Positions 32,004 to 44,761 of a stretch of DNA of 64,000 nt are shown piece after piece. The stretch comes from Schizochytrium sp. TIO01. Taxonomy: Eukaryota; Protista; Bigyra: Labyrinthulomycetes. The notes below the pieces were generated by a model, which was not told the origin of the DNA, ran no database searches, and saw only the letters and a list, made by a program, of their open reading frames with translations. The translations under genes and the position numbers were made by a program. Positions within the stretch are counted from its first letter, which is position 1. Each line of letters starts with the position of its first letter. Where the stretch lies: NCBI GenBank assembly GCA_004764695.1, contig SMSO01000037.1:1092747-1156746 (forward strand), read 5' to 3'.

Positions 32004-32573
32004 GTGTGCAAGGGATACAAACCTAAGGATCTTGAAATAAAAGCGAGTGGGGACAAAATACATTGCAACTCTAACATGTCAGTGGAGTTCATGTTAATCT
32101 TCTATTGTCCTCGTGGCTGATAGGTCAAAGAAAGCTATAGGAATCTTGACTTGTACACTTTCCCGTGTCACAAACCGACAAGACACGGCTGTATCACTTT
32201 GGTCGCAAGGTCATTAAAAAAACATTCAGGGTTTCATTGCTGAATTCAATTTTATTTGGTCTGTTACAAACCAAGATTAATGGTCCTTTTCACGAAATTC
32301 ATGTTTCTAAGTTTTTTTGAAATACTGTCAAACGGTGGTACAGTGGTATCCTATCATATTGTTTATTATAATTTTAAAAAAGTAGAATGGTATGCGTATG
32401 ATTTGTGTTCAATTGATGGCTAGAGCTACCCCATAAACGGAAGCGAATGGCGCCTTGCATATACAGTGCTTTTGGTTAAAGTAATATAACATCGTTAGAA
32501 GTCGTCAAAAATTCGAGCTTTGAAGCTGGAACGAACCATTGAAGTAAGCATCGATGAGTGGAGCTAAGCCAAC

Positions 32574-34182
32574 CTATGCTGCCTGTGATGTCGTCGATTT
32601 GGACATAATTTTTGCTGCCAAAGGGAAAACGTTAACGCTGCGCTTGTTGTTACGCTTTGGGGAAGATACAGAAGCTGTCTCTCCGTTTGCACTCTTGTTT
32701 TCGCTATCATCCCGTGCATTTTGCGAGGTGACCACAGCAGGGCTTGGCGCAGATTCTTGAACACGAATGTCCGGACGTTGTTTATGCACGCGAACAGGCT
32801 CCTCGAGAATACGATTCACTGCAATAACTTTGGAATCCTCCACCAAAACATATGCACAGGTAGCCCGGTCTAACGCATGATCTTTCGAGGTGGAAAATAC
32901 AGTAACAATTTTGCCGTTCTTAGAAACAGCAATGCCTGCGGCACTAGCTTGATGAGCACGGAGCATAATTGAAAACCCATTGGACTCGAAGAATTCGTCA
33001 ACAGCCCTTTGACCAAACATGATTGCTGCGCCACCACGCTGACCAGGTCCAAATCCCCGTGCGTTGAGTTGAGGGCTCTCCTGCTTGCCCTCGAGTCTCT
33101 GGACTGCGCAAAGTGGGTTAGACGGGCACGGGTCACCCCACAACAGATCCATGGCCAGCGAGGTCTGCCAACCTTGAAGCTCTGGGCCTGAAACACTAGC
33201 TAAGGTCTATTTCATCGTCTTCTTCATCCTCCTCGGGACCGAGGCGCATCGGTGTAATTTTCATGGTGCCTGGCATGGAGGCGATGTCAGCAATGCGAGT
33301 GTCCTCGGCGTTTGCTTTGTCTTCATCGTCATTTTCTTGCATGTAATCTATTCCAGTTCCAGCATCAGAGTTACCAGCAGCTGCAGCAGCCTCAAGAGCT
33401 TGACGCCGACGAGGAATTCCACCGTGGGAACAGAATACAGATTCGTCGATCGTGCAAGCAAGCGGAAGGCAATCAAAAACGGCGTTTGCAGCACGCCAGA
33501 CTTTCTCCCCTAGCTTTTTCCCAAAGCGGTCCTTGCATTGCCACAAAAAGCTACGGTCCTTGTAGTGCTGTTCCCAACCATTAACATACCGTAATTCGTG
33601 GTTACCACGCAGAAGATAGATTTTATGTGACACGCATACCTTGCTAGCAAAGAGATACGTAAGGACCTCCAAGCCATTCATGCCACGGTCAACATAGTCT
33701 CCTAAAAATAGGAATTTACCCGCGGTAAGCTCCATACCTGTTGGCCATAGCTTGTTGCGAAAAAAGAAGAGATCTTCAATATTTCCATGGATGTCACCAA
33801 ACACATGAACAGGCCCACGAAGGTTAAACATTTTAGGCTCTTCCCGAAGGATTGCCTTGGTGTACTCGCAAAGACAAAGGAAATCCTGCGCGAAGTCGCG
33901 AGACCAAAAATATTGCTGTACAATATCATCTTCAAATCGTCGGAAAACAGTGAGCAGTCGCTCAGCAACTTCGCAGCGTTTAGAAGAACTGTTGTGCATA
34001 GCAACGTGCTCACGTTGCATGCGAGAACGTGTTTGGAAACTGCTCACCCGGATCATAGATGTGCGTCTCACAGCGACTTTGTGAGACTTGCCAATTGAAT
34101 GGAGCTCCAAGTCTAGCTTAGCAAGGCCTTGTGTACCCTGTTCATCAGGGTGGTGATCGTGCGCAATATCCATGTTATCCAT
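32574..34182 (-). CDS. PPP-family Ser/Thr protein phosphatase, ~535 aa after removing one +1 indel (~33202)
   Basis: GDIHG, GDYVDRG, LRGNHE and HGG in ORF 33196-34182. DLLWGDP, RG..G..FG, RAHQ and TVFS in ORF 32574-33152. Confidence 0.92.
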
Positions 34183-36854
34183 GGTGATGTTTTTCTCGCT
34201 GCCCTAGCTGGTAGTGAAGGTCAACAAAACAGTAATTCCCTAACCCAAAACAATTGAGATTTGCCAACAAAAGAGAAAGCTTGAGGCTCTCTCACCTAGA
34301 CTTGGTCTTTAAAGTTAACTAAAAGGACCAGGACTTAGTTCCCCCGAATGATCGAGAGACCTGTACCTGATTCTTAGCTTGGTTGATGGCTTTTAGACTC
34401 CTGTAAATAAAGCAGCTGTAAAGGAATATGGAATTGCAGCGTGGACAAGGGCAGGCCAGAATTATGTACTATGGAAGGCTTAAAATTAAAGCAGCCCTGT
34501 GACTGGTTGCAATAAGTCTTTGCAGGTCTTGAAGATGAGCCGACACCCAATGCCGCACTGCCCGACTCCTTTGAAAGCACCACCGAACTATGCTTCTATG
34601 TCGACTCGTAGGATACCCTAAGGAATACCTTGAGCGAGAGGGAGTGTCTTTCTTGAATTTGGAACGCTACTCAAATTGGTACCAAGGTGGACCTCAGCCT
34701 AATCAGGCACTATTCCTTTAACCTTGTGGCACGCGACGATCCTGCTTTGCTTTGTTCTACTTTTTTTCTTCGTTGAAGTTCTGTACCTAGCAAATGCTTT
34801 GTAACTTTGTGAGTAGGTTGGACACGGAAGTTTTTAAGGCTAATATGTTGTCCACGTACTTCCGAAGGGCTGTATTACAGTATGTAGCGAAAGACGCTAA
34901 AGTTTTGAAAGTATCGCTGCTACTACTCGATTTTAAACTAGAAGAGCCTTCTTGTGACAATTCACGAGATGGACAGGCTTTGCTGGAAGACTTCGAAGCG
35001 ATTGAAAACTAGGTGTCTTGAGTGATTGCTTTCCTGCGGGTCAGCACAGGTGAGCTAGCAGACTCTCTCTATATATATCAATCTATCCAACCAAGCCAGT
35101 AAACTCGTGCGCCAAAGCACTAGCTGGCGAATCGGCAAAGAGGAATTGCTTTCCAAGAAAAAAATCAAAATGCACTTGGTCAGCCTCGGAGTTTGTCGTG
35201 GCGCTTCTTCAGGACTAGCTTCAGCTCATGCAGGTCAGTGGTGGTGATTTCTTGCTTTGCCTCACACAATCATTTTCGCACATTACCCAGTAGGGTCTTT
35301 CAATGAAAGACCGGGTCGCACAAACTAAGCGAGGCGGACGGAAAACTTACTAATATACCCCCTTAACTAAGGTGTATTGCCAAAAATATGAGCAAAGTAT
35401 TGCCCGACAGGGGGTTTGGTAGACGTTTTGTCGGGGAGCTGCAGGTGCAAGATGTCCCAAAAGACCTAGGGACAGGCATGAGGGTGGCGGGCCAAGACCC
35501 TTTGGGCTCCAAGAATTGGAGGACTTCGCGCGGAAGAGTCCCTTTACGAGGGCATGGGTTGCCCTGGGACACTACAGAGATCCCGACGAGCCCCATTCAT
35601 GATCCCGATCTATGCAAACAGAGACGGAAACGATCCCGAGACGCACTGGCTACCGCTGCAACTGCACGGGTCAACTCGGCTAGAGCTCTAAACGTGCGAC
35701 TTAGTTCTACAGCACTAACGAAAGGAGAGCAATCCCTTTCAGCGCCTGGATCACCCATGCGGCATATTACTCTGGATATAGAAATGAAAAATAAATCTTT
35801 TTGGAATGAAATAATTCATGTAAATATGTGGCTTAGGGGCGTGTTCTCTCGACTGGGGTCTTCACTGATCAAAGTCATCTCAGCGATCAGTGATGGAGAA
35901 CTCAGGGGAAAACATTCAACTTTAGGGGAGAAAACAGGCTGGGTGAATTGGCCCGAACGACAATCTTGCTTGATATTTATGCTCCTTGCGTCCACGTGGC
36001 GAGACAACTGAGTGAATCGGTTGGAGATCTAGACTCCTTCTAGTCATTGCTATTACTAAATTGGTGGGGTTCAACAAGCAATGCTGAGTTCTATTATGTT
36101 TGATGGAGGACCAATAATCTTAACAGACCGTGCACAAGACTGATTTACTAAAGCTGAGGGAATAGCTGCAATAGCTGTCCGCTGTGATAGGATAATGCAA
36201 CAAGGGTTAGTTGACATATTGGAAATCATCAAAGCTAGCAAAAGAAATCCATTGAATGCATCAGGATCTTATGATGAGCCGTCTTTTGAACGACAGACAA
36301 CACGAAAAAGAAGAATAAAAAAAGGACGAGATACCAAGCATCTATTGACATTAACTTGTTCTAAAGTTGAAAAGCACTTCGTCACCACATTTCCATCGGC
36401 ACTTGATATAGGCATTCGGGATCTTTCGAAGGGTGGACTTTACGTACCGTACGCACCGGCTGTTTGAAATTGAGAAATGGCGTGACCACTAATCATTTTC
36501 TTTTTAATGTAGCTTTTAAACAGGTACAGAGGTCATAATGCAAGAAAGGAATTTCCGTCAGAATTTTAAGAAGCATAGAAATTGTACAAAACTTCGGGAG
36601 AGAGCACGCTTGCACAAGTAAGGAATGAAAACTTCCCTCTGAGCGTCGCTGATATGCTTCTCAAAACATGTGAAAAATTGTTGTGTGGGGAACAAAAAGA
36701 TAAATCATTATTATCTAGATGACTATCGGGGGACAAGATAAACACTAATCTCTATGATTTCGCTCCCGAAATTAGCAAAAATTGATGACTGTCTTGTCTA
36801 GCCAGAAAGTTCGGGGACTCGAAAGCGAAGATTGCTTGCGACGATCTTACATAC

Positions 36855-39770
36855 TTAACTACTTGTGAACGTGAAGACACGTTTGCTGTCCTGGAGCATA
36901 TGAACAGCTGCGGCAGTACCTACGACGCGCTCCAAGGTCATGGCATCACGTTGATCAAACAACATGAGGTTCGAAGCCGGGCCGGATGAAGTATCAATTA
37001 AATTGACGAGTTCTGAATAAAAGTGGGCGTTGAGAGGAGGAGCGTAGAATACGACGCGTTGAATGCCGCGGAGGCGGAACCGGTTGTAAAAGTGGAAACG
37101 CTCTGTTGTAAGAAGAATTCTTGCCCGACCATGGAAAAAATCACCTCTTGCACGAGTAATTTGACTTGTTTCAGAATATTCCGTGACTGATACAAATAGG
37201 GCTTGCTCGATCTCACCGTCGAGGTCGGTCTGCGAAATGCGCTTTCCTTCCTTGGTACGCACACGGTTCTTGCGTTTACGACGCCAAGGCTTGCCCATTG
37301 CACGTTCGCCAGTTTCACCAAGACCTTGCGCAGCTTCACGAAAGAGTTTGCGTACGGACACAAAGTCAAGATATGATGGAACAACTACGACAGTGTGCTC
37401 GGCAGCTTGGCGAGACAAAGCAGGCATGACTTGGTTCTCAAAGTACTCCAGGCGAGGGTCATCACCATCATTAGAAGCAGTATCCACGCGAACGAATTTG
37501 TGCGTGATGTCGTCAAGCTCGATGTCTTCCAGCACACCAGAGTAAGCGGAACGACGGATAGTCAACTGTCCGGCAAGGTTTACATCAGCACCGGAGCGCG
37601 GTGCAGTGAGAGCGTTGATAAATGGGTCTGCGTAGCTGCTGAAGACAAGGGTTTGCCGGAACCGCCGAGAAAGACCCTCAACCAGGGCGTATGGGCGGAC
37701 ACGAGCAAAGTCCATGTCCTCACGCAATTCAATAGGTTTTCGGTTCACAGCCGCCATCGTATCGAGCAAATGCTGCCAATTTTGCATCTGAATCATGTCA
37801 GCCTGATCAACAACACAAAGCTCAATTGACGAGAGAAAATCGGTTGACTCCCGTTCTTTACGACGCTCAGCGCGACGAAGTTCCTCCTCCTTGTTGATAC
37901 CAAGTTCTGCAAGGTTGGCGTCCTCCTCATCCTCGCCAGCATCACTGGGCATCTCATCTTCCTCGTCTTCGTTATTGGCGTCGCCAATTTCCTGGCCTGT
38001 AGCCAAACGGATACCCAAAGGCGAAGCAATGATAATATCTGACTTATAAAAGTCGGAGAAAAAGCGTACAGACTTGCGACCATTGAAAGCAATGCCCATG
38101 CGAAAACACTCATCAGTGTTACCTGTAAAGAGGTCGTGCCAGTCTGCTGGGCGAGCAGATGCGCTTCCTCTACGCTCTGCATCTTCGTCCAGAACCGGGT
38201 GCTCCTCGTGATGGTAGAAGAGCTCATCAAATGCTTCACCTGCTGTTGCCTTCTCGCGACGCACACGTTTTGCCACGTCCTTCATGTCCTCGGCGCCTTC
38301 CTCGCAAAACTCCATGTAAATGCGAGACTTGTTGGCAATATTTGTGTTAGGAGGGAGCATCTCAAGCATAAGACGCATAATACGGAGTGCGGCATGGCGG
38401 GTTGGCACGATGATCAGCACACGCGGCCGGGTGAAACCCTGGTCACGGATCTGATCTTCGAAGTTTTCATCGTTTTCGAAAGGAAGCTCTTCTTCCTCGT
38501 CGTCTTCATCTTCCTCATCCTCCTCGTTCTTGTTGTTTTTATCCATCTTGCCACTCTTCACGCGCGCCGCTTCGCGAGCTCGGCGTTCCTGCTCCTTGAG
38601 AATACGAAGCCTTGCGTTATGCTTCATGACAAGATCACGGCTCTTGATAATGTGATTGAGAGCATGAAGAACATAGAGTTCGCGCAACTCAGATGCGTTG
38701 CTGAGGTCACGAGCACAGAAGTTTATGTCCATGTATCGCTTCATTGGCTCAACGAGAGAGTTTTGTAGTTGTGTAAGACCAAACTCGTTACGAGCCGGAA
38801 TATGGTCCTCGCCAAGACGTTTCGAACAGATGCGGTTCCTTCGCTCCGCATAGGCAAGCCATGACCGAGCGAGGCGGGGTTTGATCTCATGAGCTGCTGC
38901 CAGTTTATCTTCGCCTTCTTTGTTTACCTCATGGGCCTTGAACTTGGTTGAGAGTAGCTCGGTGGCCTGTGGGGCGGCCGGGGAGGTTTCCGACTCAATA
39001 ACGTTGCATGATAGTTTCACCTTGCCAACCTTGATCTTCGACTTTTGACGTTTCGGGATGGTTGCTTCGTCGTCGGCATCCTCAACGAGTTCATCGAGAT
39101 TCTCATCGTTGTGGCCGTAGTTCTTCACAAAGCGTTCCTCAAAGAAAGACCCCTGGTTCTCGTTAGCATTAGCATTTTCCTTTTCATCCGCTTGCTCCAG
39201 AGCTTCGTCTTCGTCTTCGTCATCATCTTCATCTTCATCTTCTTGCTCGCCATCTTCATCGCTGCTGGCAGCTTCCTCATCTTCCCTTGCGATTCCATCG
39301 TGGTCCATCAAATCATCGTTTTGTTCATCAATTTGATCGTCTTCCTCTTCATCATCGTCATCTTCGATGCCTTCTTGCTCACGTCTGATACGATCAAGAA
39401 TTCCTCGTTCATCATTGCCAAGAGATACATCATTGCCGGTGAGGCTCGAGAGGAGACCCTGGTACGCGGCATCGGGTTCTTCCTCAAATTCTTCTTCGCT
39501 CGACTCCTCTTCATCAATGTCATCAAAACCGTTCATAAGGTCCTTGTCAAACACAGCCTTCTTAGATTTATTGCCGTACAAATCATATTCGTATTCGACA
39601 TCTTCATCCTTTTTGCCCTTCTTCAACTTGGCGCCCAGACCGCCATAGATGCCTGCTGCACCATCGTTGGTGTACCAATCGGCGCCGCCTTGGTTTTTCT
39701 TTTTGCCCTTGGCACCTTTTTGCTTCTTAGAAGCGCCGCCTTTGCCGCCGCCTCCCTTTCGCTTGCCCAT
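36855..39770 (-). CDS. UTP25: U3 snoRNA-associated protein 25 (UTP25/DIEXF, DUF1253)
   Basis: YVLHALNHI, RDQGFTRPRVLI, FTGNTDECFRMGI, FYKSDIIIASPLGIR, DFLSSIE, MQNWQH, TERFHFYNRFRLRG. Confidence 0.96.
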   Translation of the reverse strand: MGKRKGGGGKGGASKKQKGAKGKKKNQGGADWYTNDGAAGIYGGLGAKLKKGKKDEDVEYEYDLYGNKSKKAVFDKDLMNGFDDIDEEESSEEEFEEEPDAAYQGLLSSLTGNDVSLGNDERGILDRIRREQEGIEDDDDEEEDDQIDEQNDDLMDHDGIAREDEEAASSDEDGEQEDEDEDDDEDEDEALEQADEKENANANENQGSFFEERFVKNYGHNDENLDELVEDADDEATIPKRQKSKIKVGKVKLSCNVIESETSPAAPQATELLSTKFKAHEVNKEGEDKLAAAHEIKPRLARSWLAYAERRNRICSKRLGEDHIPARNEFGLTQLQNSLVEPMKRYMDINFCARDLSNASELRELYVLHALNHIIKSRDLVMKHNARLRILKEQERRAREAARVKSGKMDKNNKNEEDEEDEDDEEEELPFENDENFEDQIRDQGFTRPRVLIIVPTRHAALRIMRLMLEMLPPNTNIANKSRIYMEFCEEGAEDMKDVAKRVRREKATAGEAFDELFYHHEEHPVLDEDAERRGSASARPADWHDLFTGNTDECFRMGIAFNGRKSVRFFSDFYKSDIIIASPLGIRLATGQEIGDANNEDEEDEMPSDAGEDEEDANLAELGINKEEELRRAERRKERESTDFLSSIELCVVDQADMIQMQNWQHLLDTMAAVNRKPIELREDMDFARVRPYALVEGLSRRFRQTLVFSSYADPFINALTAPRSGADVNLAGQLTIRRSAYSGVLEDIELDDITHKFVRVDTASNDGDDPRLEYFENQVMPALSRQAAEHTVVVVPSYLDFVSVRKLFREAAQGLGETGERAMGKPWRRKRKNRVRTKEGKRISQTDLDGEIEQALFVSVTEYSETSQITRARGDFFHGRARILLTTERFHFYNRFRLRGIQRVVFYAPPLNAHFYSELVNLIDTSSGPASNLMLFDQRDAMTLERVVGTAAAVHMLQDSKRVFTFTSS

Positions 39771-40898
39771 GATTCGACTTCCACTCCTTTGGAGCGGAGA
39801 TCTTCTTCACGTTTTGCGCGAGTGTCTCCAACCCGTGCAGCTCCAAGGTCTCGCGCCACCAACCCTTCAATTTCCCTGCATTCCCTCCAACCCTTGTACA
39901 GGCCGCGACCCTTGTACGGTACACCTTAGCTCCTTAAACCTTTCGGGTATTTAAGGTAGACCATCGGTCTCTAGGGTGCCCTATATATATGTAAGTATCT
40001 CCTAGGCACGTTTAGGAATCGATATTTGGAATCGATATGATGGGGGTTCTAGGTCATCTTAGGATTTCTGACTACCAATCTGGAAATATGAAGAATGCTT
40101 AGTGACTACTAAGGGACCTCGTTGAATGTTTACTTTTTGTTAATGTAAAGGTAACTATTCTAAGAGCCAGGAGGTGGTAATCGTGGTGGTTCGCGACAGT
40201 TCTTGTGTGCTCGCAACTTGAATCGCAAGTGCTGTATTAGGAGCGCATATATTACACCGTGGGTATCGCCGGTGATTTTATCTTCAGGTTTTCTCTATAT
40301 TCTGTTCTTATCTTCGTGGAAACATTGTCAACTGGGAACTTGAAAGCAAGATATGGAAAGCTTGAGTTTCGATGTTTTAATTAAAAGGTACTACAAAATA
40401 TTTATTTAAAAAAAATTATGTTTAAAAATAAAATTAAAATTAAAACTATAATAATAATACAAATGCTTGGACAGTGCCTGAGATCCCATGAACGGCAACA
40501 CAGGTAGATTCCAAAGCTTCATCCAAAGCGTCGTCACAGACGGATAGTGATTGCAAAGATAGCAGGTCAATCACCTTCGTTTCGATTTGGCGAAGAAGAC
40601 ACACTGTGTGAGCAAATCGGATTGAAGCCAAGCCATCTTCCGCTTCTGCTTCCCTCCGTTGACCAGGACCCTTTCAACTTGAAAGAATTAGATACTTCTT
40701 CTTTCATTCACGAGGCCTTAAAGCCACTCACTCATTCATTCCCTTTCCAATTGTCAAAGGATTCGCCATTTTTAATTCTCCTCCTAAATTAAAGATATTT
40801 ATTCTTTATTTGTTTTTTTTAAAGAAAGGGATTTATTGATGTTATTGGTGGAAGGTCGAAGTAACAGGTAGCTTCTCTTATTACGTATATATTTTTAC

Positions 40899-40929
<31 letters not shown>

Positions 40930-42638
40930 AAAATATCTCGAAACTTTACAATTTAGCAATAGCAAATGTGCGTTTTCGTTTTTCCATTTCGCGAAGGCAA
41001 ATTATCTTGGTCAGCATGGAATCGCAGCACAGAAGACATTCCACAGCCCTTCCTTTTGCGTTTCACATGGCGGGTATAGCGTCGGGCCCAGCTTCGAAGG
41101 AACAGACCCGAGCGCGAGAAGCTGTCATCCTCTATGACGGGCAATATGAAGAAAGCAAGACGTCTTTCATTAGGCTGATTAAGTGATTTATGATAAAGCC
41201 TACTTACGCATTTGCATATTTTTCTATTTATTTATTTATTTATCTATTCATTCATTCATTCATTCATTCATTCATTCATTCATTCATTTATTTATTTATT
41301 TATTTATTCACTTCAGAGCGGATCGAATAAACGAACCAGAGCATGAGACCGGCGCAGAGCTCCTGAAGGCAGGCGTGTGCGCAGGCAGCTATGCTACGTC
41401 CAATAATCTCGAAGACGGGTGGCCCGAGACTTCTCGCGCCTTTCCGTGCGAATTCTGCGGACGCCTCGCTGACCAGTCTTCGAAGTTCAACTGGTTTCCA
41501 GGAGATCGAGCGCCTAGCTGGTCCGGCGATCACCGAGGAATCGCATACACAAGTCCGCAGGCGCCACCGTCAATTTCCGCGCGCATGCGTTTAGACTGCG
41601 GGTGGACCGCCTGCGTGCATACTACTGTCGGCGTCAGCGTCGGCAGAGTCAGCTAACCTCGGACCCAGTGAACGCATTTCGGTTGCGTTCGGCACCTTGT
41701 TGTCTGCTTCGTCGGCTTACTCCAAAGAAATGTAGTTTTCTTTTGATCTCTTTTTTCTCTTCCGTCGTGCATTGATTCATTTTATTTGTTTATCTTGATA
41801 CATTGAAGTGAAAGAGCTCTGTCTTCCGATTGACGTCCGATTCTGTTGAAGCCAGCATACGGCATACGAAGAAGCGTTTTAGATGCTTGTTGCATTGCTA
41901 CGCAGGTGGAGGTGCTGAAAGGAAACTTGAAACACAGCTGCTGCTCTTCTTTCATGAGCTTTGTTCTAATTCTAAAAGAAACTGAAAAGAAAAGGATTTA
42001 ATTTTAAAATTAAATCGAATGAAGGTTTTCAAGAGTCAGTTGCATCTGTAATTAATATACTTCGCAGGGTCGTGCTGAGGTTGCCGTAGCAGTCAGTACA
42101 ATGATAAAGGGTTTGAGCAGTCCCCCGAAAACAATATAGAGACACACACCCCTCAGCGTATGCTTGTCCCTGCTTATGAGATGACTGCACATAAGCCGTG
42201 GCTATATAGTTAGAAGCATCTTTTAAACTTTGCGGGCTTGACATTACAATAAGGTGGGCAAATTGCTCAGTAGCCTGAATTGTAATATAAAAAGACATCA
42301 TATGTATTACGAAGTCGTAATGGAAGTGCACTGAAGTAGCAATAAACCATGGTGGACATCGAAGAAACGTAGGCACACGGGAATCCAATGTATTGGGCAG
42401 TAAAGACTTCAATTACATCATAGGATTTACAATAAGCGTACGGCAGGTTCCTTCGGAATTGCATTTTTGGTCCTGTTTGGTCCAAATATTATAAGAGACA
42501 TGTCACTTCCGTTTTCTTGTCTCCTCAAGCGATTATCGACAGGTGATTTTATAGATATAATTTTGAGATTGTTCATTTTATTATGATTTTGAAATCTATT
42601 TTTCCAGGTCACTACGAGTCTTAGTCTATCTCCACCGT

Positions 42639-43654
42639 TTAGTTTCGTTGGCTAGAAGTTTGTGAAGACTCTAACGAGTCCATAGACTCTGCATTATTCA
42701 AATTATTGCTGAATTCACTGACTAAAGTGGCCCCTCCATCTCCGTTTAAGGCAACTGGCATCCTATGCGAATCGTCTTCATTATCTTTTGGATCATCAAC
42801 ACTATGAAGTGTCGCCGTTCCGAAGCCATCACTTACTGCAGTAGCGGACGCCGATGCTGCGGAGTTCGATGCACCCGGGGTCTCATCATCGTCCTCTTCG
42901 TCTTCATCTTCTTCATCTTCTTCAGGTGGATGGTCATCGTCGTCTTCATCTAGTTTTTTCAGGTCTTCCTGGCTCATGCCTGGAACTTCTCCGTACACTT
43001 CTAAATACTTGTCTCGAACAACACGAGCTGCCTCCTTTTCAGTCTCGAAGGTACCCAAGTGTACGATTTTTTTCGAGATCCAAGCTCGTGCCACATATTT
43101 TGAGTCCCGTTTCTGAAACGTAACACCTCTATATTTTGATGAAAATTTAGCACTTTTCCTCCAACGACGCACCTTTCGTGGAGGTTCACCCCCAACAGAG
43201 ACAGCCATACCAAGCCTGGATAACCTTGAAGCATGAGCTGGCCTTGAAATAAGCTAGAATCAACCATAGATGAACCTGAACCGGCGAAAAGCGCTCCATG
43301 AAAACCTTGAGGCATAAACGTGCCCCCATTTTGTTGCGCATTTGGATTTTGCTGTCGTTGTTGCTGGTGCTGTTGTATAGCTTGTTGAACAGCCTGAACT
43401 TGCGATTCGGATGAATCTTGATGTTGCTGTGAGTTTTGTTGTGTGCCCGAGGATGACAGTGGCGGGGGGGCAGTTGCTAACTGCGAGTCGTGAAATTGAT
43501 GCTGTTGCTGTGAAGAATTATTCAAGGGAGCAGGTTGAGGTTGTGGTGATGCCGAACCGGTTTGATGTTGATCTTTTGGCAGATTATGCGATCTTCCACC
43601 ACGCAGATTTAGAGAGTCATGTTGCTGCTTCTTTTGCTGCCCCCCTGCTTGCGT

Positions 43655-43692
<38 letters not shown>

Positions 43693-43970
43693 GATCCTCA
43701 ACAAAAGAGCGAATGTATGATGTGTGATTCGGATTTCCAGAAGAAGAGGAGTCTCCTTGCATTCCATCCTGCGATGAAGACTGTTGCGTGCCACTTTGTT
43801 CTGAAGGTAATTTGTGTTTGTATGCCTGGATATGTCCCTCAACTTGCGCGAGTTCCTGCAAGAGATATAATTTCCTGGATTCAAGCCATTGTATAAGACT
43901 TTCATCACGCTGGGAGAGCTCAGATGTGGACGTTGCTTTTGCATCTTGCGACTGCGAGGCTAACTTGTTC

Positions 43971-44015
<45 letters not shown>

Positions 44016-44019
44016 GTGT

Positions 44020-44069
<50 letters not shown>

Positions 44070-44576
44070 CTGTTGCTGCTGTTGCTGCTGTTGCTGCTGT
44101 TGCTGCTGTTGTTGTTGCACTTGGTTCATCTGAAGTTGGTGCATATGCTGTTGATGAAGAAGTTGTTGTTGTTGTTGTTGATGTTGTTGCTGCTGCTGCT
44201 GCAAAGATAAGCCCGATGCTGATGCTTGCTGCGACGACATGTCTAGGGCTCGCAAAAATGGTAACTGGAGTTGAGCCAATTGGTACTGGTTTTGTGGAGA
44301 ATATTGATTTGACATTTGGTTGGATGTCATTCCGGATGGCGCTTGTTGGTATAGGACCAGGGTTTGCGGGTACAATCGTTGATGATTGGAAAGTGGATAT
44401 TCTTCTTGAAGACTCTGTTGTTGCTGGTGTTGTTGCTGCATTTGCTGATGTTGATGGTGTTGGTGGTGATGCTGGTGCTGCTGATGTGCATGATGTTGTG
44501 CTTGGGCAGAATTTGAACTAGAAATGGCTGCGGCGATGGCAGAGGCTAATTGTTGTTGTTGTTGTTGTTGTTGCTG

Positions 44577-44629
<53 letters not shown>

Positions 44630-44761
44630 CTGCTGCCGCTGTTGCTGCTCTGTTGTTGATGAACGTGAATCTGCACTTGAATGTCTCCTCGAAGAAAAGT
44701 TGGCTCCACCTTGGGAACCCTGGAATTGAGATTGGTCTGAGTTATCGTGGCCGTCGCGCAT
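42639..44761 (-). CDS. PolyQ-rich AP2/ERF-domain transcription factor, ~700 aa after correcting three frameshifts (~44576, ~44015, ~43213)
   Basis: AP2 domain SKYRGVTFQKRDSKYVARAWISKKIVHLGTFETEKEAAR. Upstream polyQ ORF pieces (44546-44761, 43920-44441, 43001-43861) join by restoring missing bases, two of the three sites lying within CAA/CAG runs. Confidence 0.8.
43970..44120. repeat. (CAA/CAG)n trinucleotide tract encoding polyQ in the AP2 gene
   Basis: About 50 triplets. Confidence 0.9.

Noticed and set aside
35388-36011. 207-aa ORF and neighbouring short ORFs between the phosphatase and UTP25
   Set aside because: No recognisable motif, TIR or LTR; cannot be supported as a gene or mobile element without a search
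39045-39929. 294-aa + strand hydrophobic ORF (also 31410-32063 on the - strand)
   Set aside because: Antisense shadows of the acidic UTP25 and RD-rich snRNP27 coding sequences
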